DNA of 52,227 bases from a virus: IMG/VR virus record IMGVR_UViG_3300020818_000003, one strand, 5' to 3'. The notes beneath the pieces are model-generated. The model did no database searches, had not been told where the DNA came from, and was given only the letters and a program-made list of their open reading frames with translations. This document shows positions 7,970 to 15,373 of the stretch, in pieces. The position numbers were made by a program, and so were the translations under genes. How positions within the stretch are numbered: position 1 is the first letter of the stretch; the number at the start of each line of letters is the position of its first letter.

Positions 7970-8353
7970 TTATTTCTTTTCATCATCTGAATTGGAGCTA
8001 GGCTCACTTGGCTTGCTCTCTGAGCTATTTTTGTTTTTACCAAATTCAATGCCAAAGCTGTCCTTAAGAAATTTTTCAAAAAACTCAACCTGTTGAAGTA
8101 AGGCGTTTATTGTTCTTTCTTTTTGAAAGATGAGCTCATCTTTAAGATGAAGTATTACTCTCATTTCTGTCATTACATCTTTTAAGTGTTTTACATCGTT
8201 AGAATCTCCACTTCCATTCACTGAATCCTCTAGAATCTGAACGATCTCTGCATTCATTGACCGACCATTGGCCTTTGCCCTCTCTTGGATCTTTTCTTTA
8301 ACCTCATCAGGAATTCTCACGCCCAAGGGAGAGATGCTTCGCATACCCTTCAT
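7970..8353 (-). CDS. mnt: Mnt-like ribbon-helix-helix repressor with a C-terminal extension
   Basis: VRIPDEVKEKIQERAKANGRSMNAEIVQILEDS. Compare P22 Mnt FRMPMEVREKLKFRAEANGRSMNSELLQIVQDA. Divergent from the arc-like gene. Confidence 0.75.
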   Translation of the reverse strand: MKGMRSISPLGVRIPDEVKEKIQERAKANGRSMNAEIVQILEDSVNGSGDSNDVKHLKDVMTEMRVILHLKDELIFQKERTINALLQQVEFFEKFLKDSFGIEFGKNKNSSESKPSEPSSNSDDEKK

Positions 8354-8382
8354 TTCTACTCCAAGTTACAGTTGCAAATAAT

Positions 8383-8434
8383 CTACACAGTGTAGTCAAA
8401 ATCGCTTTGACAAAAAATACACACGGTGTAGTAT
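8383..8434. promoter_or_regulatory. immI-type control region: two TACAC-N3-GTGTA operators and a Pant-like promoter
   Basis: Palindromes CTACACAGTGTAG (8383..8395) and TACACACGGTGTA (8418..8430). TTGACA (8407..8412), N16, then TAGTAT (8429..8434) points toward arc and ant. Confidence 0.6.
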
Positions 8435-8462
8435 TTAATTATCACAGTGAAGAGGGTTTGAT

Positions 8463-8627
8463 ATGGAAAACGCACGAAACATCCCACCAACAGGAATTCG
8501 TTTCCCTGACTGGCTGAAAGACGCACTTAAATCTGCAGCAAGCAAAGAATGCCGTTCCCTCAATGGGGAGGTGATTAAACGTTTGGAGAAAAGCTTGAGA
8601 GAAGAGGGCTTTTTGAGTGGCAACTAA
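8463..8627 (+). CDS. arc: Arc-like ribbon-helix-helix repressor (54 aa)
   Basis: MENARNIPPTGIRFPDWLKDALKSAASKECRSLNGEVIKRLEKSLREEGFLSGN. Fits the Arc pattern (xRxPxxL...RSxNxEI...R). Below the ORF-track cutoff. Confidence 0.7.
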   Translation: MENARNIPPTGIRFPDWLKDALKSAASKECRSLNGEVIKRLEKSLREEGFLSGN

Positions 8628-8697
8628 AAACAGTGAAGCCCTAACTACTTGCGATAGTCAGGGCCTCGGCGTCAGAAACCTTAAGCGAGTAACCGAC

Positions 8698-9337
8698 ATG
8701 AAAAGTATAGCGAATTCAGAACTTAATTTCCACGGCACAGCGCTGATACCTGTGAAAGATGTCAATGGGATTTGGTTAACCTCAGCAGATGTAGCAAAGG
8801 CGCTGGGATACAAGAGCACTAAATCAATCTCAAACCTTTTTTGGACAGTACGAAGACGAGTTTTCCCAGGGGATGACAATGGTCATCGAATCAGTGACCA
8901 ATGGGATTAATGGGTCATCGCGCCGTATGAAGGTGCGAGTTTTCTCTCTACGTGGTGCACACCTGATTGCAATGTTCGCTCGTACGCCAGTAGCCAAAGA
9001 ATTCCGCCGCTGGGTTCTCGACATTCTGGATCGCGAAGTGGCTCATTCTCCGATTGCCAAGCAGTTCACCGATGAAGAACTGATCAACCTTTCTTACATG
9101 TGGGTGTGGATGGACAAAGGCCGCCGTGTTGCCAAACAGATTTACCCGGCACTGAACCAACTCGGCTCTCCGCACCATGGTTTCTTCTACGACATGGCAA
9201 ACGAAAGCCACTACATGATCGACAAGGCGCGGGAAAGTCTGGTTCGCGAAACTGAAAATATCGACATGAACGGATTTCATGCTCGAAACGCACAAGGGAT
9301 GTTAGATCGCTTGAATGGAAAGGAAGGGGTTCACTGA
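8698..9337 (+). pseudogene. ant: Antirepressor (Bro-N/Ant type) split by a +1 frameshift in a T6 run
   Basis: The N-terminal half lies in frame 1 (8698..8910: FHGTALIPVKDVNGIWLTSADVAKALGY). The rest lies in frame 2 (to 9337: VRVFSLRGAHLIAMFARTPVAKEFRRWVLDILDREV). The frames meet at tttttt 8837..8842. Removing one T gives a continuous ...SNLFGQYEDEFSQGMTMV... Confidence 0.7.
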
Positions 9338-9378
9338 AAGGCGTATGGGATGGCGCGTTTGCTCTGGCATACAGCAAT

Positions 9379-9407
9379 AAAAAAGCCAGTAGTTTGCACC
9401 TACTGGC
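9379..9407 (-). terminator. Reverse-strand intrinsic terminator with no reverse-strand gene upstream of it
   Basis: Reverse strand reads GCCAGTAG-GTGCAAA-CTACTGGC followed by TTTTTTATT. There is no U-tract on the forward strand. Confidence 0.65.
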
Positions 9408-9446
9408 GTATGTCACATGCCCTAACTATCACATAAGGAATGTCGA

Positions 9447-10184
9447 ATGACTGCATTAAAGATAGCAGACCACAGATCACATGTCACTATGTCAAGTCGC
9501 GAGATATCTAAGCTCACGAAAAAGGAGCATAAGAATGTAATCCGCGATATCTGGGAAATGCTCGAAGACCTGTACGGCATTACAAAAGATGGCTCAAATC
9601 TGAGTCATAAGAAAAATCAAACAGTTACGTTGGTTGATGGCGTCGATATTACGGTTGACTCACGCGGTTACGTATCAAGCTTTCGACTCGATAAGCCTCA
9701 TGTTGAGTGTTTGCTTACGGGGTACAGCGCTGTTTTGCGAATGACTGTTATTCGACACATTTATAGTCTCGAAGAAAAAATCAGTCAGCGGGCACTTCCA
9801 GTCAACTATAAAGAGGCTTTGTTAGCACTCGTTCAGTCTGAAACGGAAAAAGAACTGATCACAGCTGAGCGTGATGAGGCCGTTGAAACTAAAGCCTGGA
9901 TTGGCGAAAAACGTGAAGCTACAGCAATGGCAACTGCATCAGCTGCAGTACGTGAAAAGAACAAGCTTGCAGAGAAGATCGGCGAAAGTAAGAAACATGC
10001 AGCTATCATCCCGGTAGAAAAGAAAACAGACCTGGAATTTAAGTGGCAACCACTTCGCAAGTGGTGCAGAGAAAACGGAGTAAAGCCAAAAGAGGTTGAG
10101 GATAAACGCTTTGGCACTGTGAAGTCGTGGCCTCGCGAAGCTTGGCTTGCAGTGTATGGCGTAGATTTAAGAAAGATTTTCTAA
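9447..10184 (+). CDS. Rha-family phage regulatory protein (antirepressor-like)
   Basis: The N-terminus VTMSSREISKLTKKEHKNVIRDIWEMLEDL fits the Phage_pRha pattern. Confidence 0.7.
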   Translation: MTALKIADHRSHVTMSSREISKLTKKEHKNVIRDIWEMLEDLYGITKDGSNLSHKKNQTVTLVDGVDITVDSRGYVSSFRLDKPHVECLLTGYSAVLRMTVIRHIYSLEEKISQRALPVNYKEALLALVQSETEKELITAERDEAVETKAWIGEKREATAMATASAAVREKNKLAEKIGESKKHAAIIPVEKKTDLEFKWQPLRKWCRENGVKPKEVEDKRFGTVKSWPREAWLAVYGVDLRKIF

Positions 10185-10212
10185 TCGGCGGAAATCTCCG
10201 CCAATCTTCCAA

Positions 10213-10234
10213 CCTCGCTCCGGCGGGGTTTTTT
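10213..10234 (+). terminator. Intrinsic terminator after the rha-family gene
   Basis: cctcgc-tccg-gcgggg (one G.U pair) followed by tttttt. Confidence 0.7.
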
Positions 10235-10262
10235 ATTTACTGATCATCCGAACAGTTAAAGC

Positions 10263-10291
10263 TTGTAATTTCCCGAAACTGGGTTTATATT
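10263..10291 (+). promoter_or_regulatory. Candidate late promoter (PR'-like)
   Basis: TTGTAA (10263..10268), a 17-nt spacer, then TATATT (10286..10291). A terminator lies about 60 nt downstream, giving a short leader like the lambda 6S RNA. Confidence 0.45.
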
Positions 10292-10345
10292 CCTCTAACA
10301 CTAGAAATCCGTGAATCTGTTACGGTGAGTGAAAAGAATAATGAA

Positions 10346-10374
10346 AGCCCTGAGTTAATAGCTCGGGGCTTTTA
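10346..10374 (+). terminator. tR'-like terminator downstream of the candidate late promoter
   Basis: agccctgag-ttaatag-ctcggggct (9-bp stem, one G.U pair) followed by tttta. Confidence 0.55.
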
Positions 10375-10427
10375 GCATTCTGAATTTGCGTGTATATATA
10401 TTTCTCCAATTTTATAAGGAGATACAT

Positions 10428-10616
10428 ATGTCAGATGCATATAAAGAACAGGTAATTGAAAAAACGAAGGCAATGTTAGCTACAGCTCAAGCGGCAGCAG
10501 ATGAGATAGTGAAAATTACCAAAAGCCACCAAGGAACGGATGAGGAACTAAGCTCTAAAATTCTCAAGGTTCTTGGTGAGTACGGACAGGCGCACTTTAA
10601 GATAGCGTCTGCATAG
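10428..10616 (+). CDS. Small helical hypothetical protein (62 aa), flanked by terminators
   Basis: AAGGAG lies 6 nt upstream of the ATG at 10428. Locally AT-rich. Terminators on both sides. Confidence 0.6.
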   Translation: MSDAYKEQVIEKTKAMLATAQAAADEIVKITKSHQGTDEELSSKILKVLGEYGQAHFKIASA

Positions 10617-10638
10617 AAATTCCTTGATTTGAAAATAG

Positions 10639-10662
10639 GGCTGCCTCTTGGCGGCCTTTTTT
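10639..10662 (+). terminator. Intrinsic terminator
   Basis: ggctgcc-tctt-ggcggcc followed by tttttt. Confidence 0.7.
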
Positions 10663-10786
10663 ATTACCCAAATTTAGAGCCCGACCAATCAGTCACCTCA
10701 CCCTCATGAAACCATGCGGTCGCGGCTCTATTCCTATGACTATTAACCAGCAGCACGTCTGGCGACTCCATTCAAAAGGTGGCTTT

Positions 10787-11101
10787 ATGCCAGAAAAAGA
10801 CCCAAACAACTTCGCGGCCATTAGTTGGCTGATCGTCGTTGGCCTCTCCGCATGGGGAGGGATAGTGAGGTACCTAATGGATATTAAATCGAACAAAACT
10901 CAGTGGAGTTGGGCTGCGGCCTTGGCTCAGATAGCAGTATCCAGTTTCACCGGTTTAATTGGTGGTCTGGTAAGCCAGGAAACACACGCAAGCCAAAACA
11001 TGACTTATGTGTGCGCCGGGCTCTGCGGAGCTATGGGTAGCGTTGCACTGACTTATTTCTGGGATCGCTTCTTTGGTGTATCAAACCCTCCGAAGGTCTA
11101 A
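10787..11101 (+). CDS. Holin (multi-TM)
   Basis: MPEKDPNNFAAISWLIVVGLSAWGGIV... Three hydrophobic segments. AAGGTGG RBS. Lies immediately upstream of the endolysin. Upstream in-frame Met codons (10706, 10736) lack an RBS. Confidence 0.7.
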   Translation: MPEKDPNNFAAISWLIVVGLSAWGGIVRYLMDIKSNKTQWSWAAALAQIAVSSFTGLIGGLVSQETHASQNMTYVCAGLCGAMGSVALTYFWDRFFGVSNPPKV

Positions 11102-11103
11102 CT

Positions 11104-11733
11104 ATGAACCAGTCACAATTTATGGCTGCAGCAAATATCACGGTTGATCTGGCTGCCCGCTGGTTCAATCCGCTTGTTTCTGCAATGAAAGAGTTTGGTA
11201 TCGACACGCCAAAACGTCAGGCTGCATTCATTGCACAAATTGGCACTGAGTCTGCCGGATTTAAGCAGTTGTCAGAATCGTTCAACTACTCAGTAGCAGG
11301 TCTGGCTGTCTTCGGCACACGACTGACAGCCGCACAGCGTGAACAACTTGGCCGAGGTAACGGAGAATTGGCGTTATCTCCGGCACGGCAGCAAGCCATT
11401 GCAAATATTGTTTACGGCGGAAGATACGGAAACACTCAACTAGGTGACGGATATAAATTTCGTGGTCGCGGCCTGAAGCAGGTCACTTTCCATGATAACT
11501 ATCTGGCTTGCGGGAAAGTGTTGGGACTGGACTTGATTGCAAATCCTGACCTGCTGACACAAGACATTCCCGCTGCTCGTTCTGCTGGATGGTTCTGGCA
11601 AGCAAATGGATGTAATGCCTTTGCTGATTCCGGAGACTTCACCGGACTGACAAAAAGAATTAATGGCGGTTTCAACGGCCTTGCTGATAGGCAAGCACGA
11701 TTAAAAATTGCGGAGAAGGTTCTATGCGCTTAG
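11104..11733 (+). CDS. Endolysin, glycoside hydrolase family 19 (chitinase-like)
   Basis: RQAAFIAQIGTESAGF...YGGRYGNTQLGDGYKFRGRGLKQVT...INGG are typical GH19 lysin motifs. Confidence 0.8.
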   Translation: MNQSQFMAAANITVDLAARWFNPLVSAMKEFGIDTPKRQAAFIAQIGTESAGFKQLSESFNYSVAGLAVFGTRLTAAQREQLGRGNGELALSPARQQAIANIVYGGRYGNTQLGDGYKFRGRGLKQVTFHDNYLACGKVLGLDLIANPDLLTQDIPAARSAGWFWQANGCNAFADSGDFTGLTKRINGGFNGLADRQARLKIAEKVLCA

Positions 11734-11939
11734 TAGAGAACTGGAAGCAGTGCTGGAAATGGTTTTCTATCCATGCGCTGGTCATATCTGGAGCCATTCC
11801 ATCAACATGGGTATGGCTACCTCCTGAACTGAAGGCTTCAATACCTCCATCTCTTATGGGTGCCATAACAGCAGTCATCGCCATTTGCGGTGTGGTGGCA
11901 AGGGTTATTGACCAGACAAAGCCGGACGGTAAACCATGA
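11724..11939 (+). CDS. Small two-TM membrane protein in the lysis cassette (possible holin or antiholin accessory)
   Basis: 71 aa with two hydrophobic stretches. Overlaps the endolysin stop. Confidence 0.55.
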   Translation: MRLVENWKQCWKWFSIHALVISGAIPSTWVWLPPELKASIPPSLMGAITAVIAICGVVARVIDQTKPDGKP

Positions 11940-12457
11940 TCGCCATCCTCCTGAAATATTGGAAGCCGGTCATCGCATGTTTATTTCTGCTGGGACTTGT
12001 CACCGGTAGCTATTTCAAAGGGTACGACACAGCAGACACTTCATGGCAACTCAAATGGAGTGAGCGCGACAAGGCCGATGCTATCGCACTGGCTCAACGC
12101 GAAGCAGCAGTCCGCGCCGAAGAACAACGCAAACAGGGTGAAATCGATGCGATATCTACAGATGCCCAGAACAAGATTGATGCTGCTCACAGTGATGCTG
12201 CCGTTTCTGCTTCTACAGCTGACAGCCTGCACAAACAAGCAGACAAGCTTGCCGCCAGACTTGCAGAGCGTGAAAGAGCCTGCAAATCCTCAACTGCCGG
12301 AGCAGGCCAAGCAACTACCAGCGGATCCACTGTGCTTGCCGAGTTGTTCCGCCGCGCTGACGAAAGAGCAACAAAGCTGGCAGGCATTGCTGACCAGTCA
12401 AGAGTCAGGGGATTAGCGTGTGAATCCTCATACGCAGCATTGAGCGCAAAGAAATGA
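11936..12457 (+). CDS. i-spanin (Rz-like)
   Basis: An N-terminal TM segment (PVIACLFLLGLVTGSYF) followed by a coiled-coil periplasmic region. It contains an embedded lipoprotein ORF. Confidence 0.75.
   Translation: MIAILLKYWKPVIACLFLLGLVTGSYFKGYDTADTSWQLKWSERDKADAIALAQREAAVRAEEQRKQGEIDAISTDAQNKIDAAHSDAAVSASTADSLHKQADKLAARLAERERACKSSTAGAGQATTSGSTVLAELFRRADERATKLAGIADQSRVRGLACESSYAALSAKK
12147..12416 (+). CDS. o-spanin (Rz1-like) embedded in the +1 frame of the i-spanin
   Basis: ...MPRTRLMLLTVMLPFLLLQLTAC has an LTAC lipobox, followed by a Pro-rich mature part (SLPPDLQSVKEPANPQLPEQ). Start at 12147 or 12162. Confidence 0.65.
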   Translation: MRYLQMPRTRLMLLTVMLPFLLLQLTACTNKQTSLPPDLQSVKEPANPQLPEQAKQLPADPLCLPSCSAALTKEQQSWQALLTSQESGD

Positions 12458-12726
12458 AGAAACTTATCGCATGGCTTAAAAAACTATTCACAAAGGAAAA
12501 AATCATGTCCGAACCATTAGATGACACCGTAGTAGACCAGCAGCCTGTAACAGAAAACGTGACAGCAGAAGTTCAGCCAGCAACTCCGGTTGCAGTACTG
12601 ACTTCTCCGCTGGATGCTGAAAAATCAGCGTTTGCCAAACTCGTAGCGTTTGTAGAAAGCGGCGTAGAAAACTTTGGCAGTGAAGCTGAAGCAGAGTTGG
12701 TCGCGCTGGCGAAGAAATACCTGTAA
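12454..12726 (+). CDS. Hypothetical protein
   Basis: 90 aa, ATGA overlap with the Rz stop. An alternative start at 12505 has an AAGGA RBS. Confidence 0.55.
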   Translation: MKKLIAWLKKLFTKEKIMSEPLDDTVVDQQPVTENVTAEVQPATPVAVLTSPLDAEKSAFAKLVAFVESGVENFGSEAEAELVALAKKYL

Positions 12727-12747
12727 CACCATCACCAAATATTAAGA

Positions 12748-12772
12748 GGTCGCCAATCGGCGGCCTTTTTTT
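12748..12772 (+). terminator. Intrinsic terminator ending the lysis cassette
   Basis: ggtcgcc-aatc-ggcggcc followed by ttttttt. Confidence 0.75.
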
Positions 12773-12931
12773 ATGCCCGCAGTTAAATCGGCGCACCGCA
12801 ATGCGCTTTCAAAAATACCGAATCCGATCCCTTTGAAATGAGCCTTTGAGGAAGTCAGTTTAGTGCTGGCGAGCCTTCGGTGGGCTGATTTCCATTGCGG
12901 CAAAGGTTCATCTCAAAGAAAGGCAAACGCT

Positions 12932-13666
12932 ATGAGCAACATTATTCCTATTAAATTCGAAGGTCATTCCATGCGGTTTATGGAGGATGGTTGGATTGAC
13001 GCTACTACGGCAGCTGAAAAGTTTGGAAAGCTGCCTAACGAATTCCTGCGCCTGCCGGAAACGGAGTCATATATTCAGGCGCTTGAGCGTAGATGCGGGA
13101 AAATCCCGTATGTAAAAACAAGCAAAGCAAGAAAGGATCGGGGGGGCGGCACATGGCTTCACCCAAAACTAGCAGTGCGCTTTGCTCGGTGGCTTTCTGT
13201 AGATTTCGAAATCTGGTGCGATGAGCAGATAGATTCATTAGTTCGTGGCCAAGTTATCAGTTACACAGATCAGCAGATCATCGCGCTACTTACCCATCAG
13301 GATGCGACGACGTGGGAGAAGCGGTTTAAAGACCCATTCTATGCAGCCCTAGCCAAGTTGACTCGCCTCCCATACAACGGTCATGTCGGCGGCTGCCCGG
13401 CATTGTTCGGAAAAATAACTGCTGATTGGGTATATGGCGTAGCTCTTCCCGATGTCGTTTACGAATCTATAAAAGACAAGGCTAATGGACGAGAGAAGAT
13501 TCACCAATTCCTAAAGCCGGAATTACTGATTGCAGTAGAGCATCAGCTTATGTCAGTTACAGCTCTCGCAAATGGCTGCGTAGATTACAAAGATTTTGAG
13601 GCTCGTTGCACAGCCGCTTACGGGCTAAAAGGCCAGCTAAAGCTTATCTATCCATCAGCTGCTTAA
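12932..13666 (+). CDS. KilA-N domain protein with a P63C-like C-terminal domain
   Basis: IPIKFEGHSMRFMEDGWIDATTAAEKFGK...GGGTWLHPKLAVRFARWLSVDFEIWCDEQI fits the KilA-N pattern. The C-terminal half (KRFKDPFYAALAKLTRLPYNG) resembles P63C. Confidence 0.65.
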   Translation: MSNIIPIKFEGHSMRFMEDGWIDATTAAEKFGKLPNEFLRLPETESYIQALERRCGKIPYVKTSKARKDRGGGTWLHPKLAVRFARWLSVDFEIWCDEQIDSLVRGQVISYTDQQIIALLTHQDATTWEKRFKDPFYAALAKLTRLPYNGHVGGCPALFGKITADWVYGVALPDVVYESIKDKANGREKIHQFLKPELLIAVEHQLMSVTALANGCVDYKDFEARCTAAYGLKGQLKLIYPSAA

Positions 13667-13905
13667 CCAGCTCAAATCTGAGCGCGTTTACAAAAAGAGC
13701 CTCTTTCACAACGGCTCTTCATTACAAAGCGTCTTCCAACCAAGGCGCTTGATAATGATGCATTCCCCTCGACAAGGGATTAGGTGTGCAACCTATGCAG
13801 GAGGTGATCACATCTCGGCAGCCGGAAAGACGGAAGTGGCACATTAACTGCGAGAGCCGTGATGAATGCTGCGAAACCCCATTCGAATAAATTTTAAGGC
13901 CGTGT

Positions 13906-14397
13906 ATGACAACTATTGCATGGGACGGAAAGACTCTGGCGTCGGATAGTCAGTCAACTTCAGGCGATGCTATTTGCTCTCTGAAAGAAAATAAAATATT
14001 CCAACCAGCAGATGGTGAAGTTTGGTCTATTGATGGAGAGCGTGTTTTTGCCATTGGGTGTGGTGGCGACTGTGGTGCAGAAATCGAACTACAGAAATTA
14101 ATGCTGTCCGGGCTTAGTTATGAATCTCAATTCCTACCAACATTCAGCTTTTCTGCAATTGCAGTCATCGGTAAAGACAGGGCTTTCATCATCTCAAAAG
14201 AGAAAGGTGAAGACCGAGCATCTATTTCCCTTCAGCTTGACCCTTACGCTGTTGGTTCTGGTGGAATGATAGCCAGGACAGTCATGCATTGCGGACAAAA
14301 TGCAAAAGAGGCGGTGAAAGTGGCTATCGAGATGGATGTTTACAGCGGTGGTACCATCAGCCATGTTTCTGTTGCAGAAATCGAAGGTCAAAAGTGA
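13906..14397 (+). CDS. HslV/proteasome-beta-like Ntn peptidase (family T1-like), orphan
   Basis: The N-terminus MTTIAWDGKTLASDSQ resembles HslV TTIVSV..GDGQ. A conserved Lys context (KENKIF) and AVGSGGMIA (compare AIGSGG) are present. No AAA+ partner is present anywhere in the genome. Confidence 0.6.
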   Translation: MTTIAWDGKTLASDSQSTSGDAICSLKENKIFQPADGEVWSIDGERVFAIGCGGDCGAEIELQKLMLSGLSYESQFLPTFSFSAIAVIGKDRAFIISKEKGEDRASISLQLDPYAVGSGGMIARTVMHCGQNAKEAVKVAIEMDVYSGGTISHVSVAEIEGQK

Positions 14398-14449
14398 ACA
14401 GCTTCATGATGAACCACATAGAGGCTCAGTAGCAGCCGAAGGAATAATT

Positions 14450-14725
14450 ATGGCTGGCTTACTCAGAGGAAAGAAAGTGAGCGGCAGGCATCAAACATTC
14501 ATTCAGTCTGCCAAATCCCTAATACAGGCGGCCCAGAAATGCGATGCCGTCAAAAAGATTGTCATTGGGCCAATCCAGCCCATCCACGGCAAAACGAAAG
14601 AGATAAGAATATCGCGAACGCCGACATCAATTCAGGCAGATGTCTTTTCAGGAAATGAAAAGCAAACTTTCTGGCTAGTTGGAAACTGTGCTGCCATTTA
14701 CAGCAGCATGAAGAAATTATATTAA
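14450..14725 (+). CDS. Hypothetical basic protein (91 aa)
   Basis: GAAGGA RBS before the ATG at 14450. The ORF-track start at 14336 would overlap the peptidase gene. Confidence 0.5.
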   Translation: MAGLLRGKKVSGRHQTFIQSAKSLIQAAQKCDAVKKIVIGPIQPIHGKTKEIRISRTPTSIQADVFSGNEKQTFWLVGNCAAIYSSMKKLY

Positions 14726-14734
14726 GGTGACTAT

Positions 14735-15373
14735 ATGGCAAGACCGGACTGGGGGAGCCTGCAAGAACAGTTTCTCTCCGATCATGCCCAATCAAGCATT
14801 TCCCCGAAGGATTGGTGTGAGGCGAAAGGCTTAAATTACTCAAGCGGTAAGCGCTACATCAAAATTGCGAATGCGCAGAAAACTGCGAAGCACAAAGGTG
14901 CGAATTCGCATAAAGAAGAATCGAAATCTCACATAAAGAAAAACGGTAGGCCATCAGATTACTTGCCTGAAGTTGCTGAAGACATATGCAAGCTGCTATC
15001 TGGCGGGGAAAGCCTCAGGAAGGTATGCGAACGACAAGGCATGCCAAGCAGAACAACAGTGTTCAGATGGTTGGCAGAACACGAAGAGTTTCGTAACCAA
15101 TACGCGACGGCAACTGAGACGCGTGCTGATGCGATCTTCGAAGATATGTTCGACATCGCCGACAAGGTTAACGAAGAGTCTGCGGCAGTTGCGAAAGCGC
15201 GTCTTCGCATTGACACGCGCAAATGGGCTCTTGCTCGCATGAACCCTAAAAAGTATGGCGATAAAGTAACTCAGGATATTGATGTCAAATCGTCAGATGG
15301 GTCAATGACTCCTAAGCCAACCATGATTCAGCTTGTGGCTCCGGGTGTGAAAAATGACGACAGCGCAGATTGA
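14735..15373 (+). CDS. Terminase small subunit
   Basis: GRPSDYLPEVAEDICKLLSGGESLRKVCERQGMPSRTTVFRWL...IDTRKWALARMNPKKYGDK is a typical HTH-type TerS. Its stop overlaps the TerL start. Confidence 0.75.
   Translation: MARPDWGSLQEQFLSDHAQSSISPKDWCEAKGLNYSSGKRYIKIANAQKTAKHKGANSHKEESKSHIKKNGRPSDYLPEVAEDICKLLSGGESLRKVCERQGMPSRTTVFRWLAEHEEFRNQYATATETRADAIFEDMFDIADKVNEESAAVAKARLRIDTRKWALARMNPKKYGDKVTQDIDVKSSDGSMTPKPTMIQLVAPGVKNDDSAD

Noticed and set aside
8435-8623. 62-aa reverse-strand ORF
   Set aside because: It is the antisense shadow of the forward-strand Arc-like gene (8463..8627), which has a clear ribbon-helix-helix signature and sits behind the Pant-like promoter.
13795-13890. 31-aa Cys-containing ORF (MQEVITSRQPERRKWHINCESRDECCETPFE) in the gap before the HslV-like gene
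   Set aside because: It is too short to support without conservation or ribosome-profiling data. It has an AGGTG 8 nt upstream, so it is noted inside the island finding rather than called as a feature.
14336-14449. Long start (14336) for the 91-aa protein gene, overlapping the peptidase gene
   Set aside because: The upstream 38 codons overlap the HslV-like 3' end in another frame and have odd composition. The ATG at 14450 has a GAAGGA RBS.
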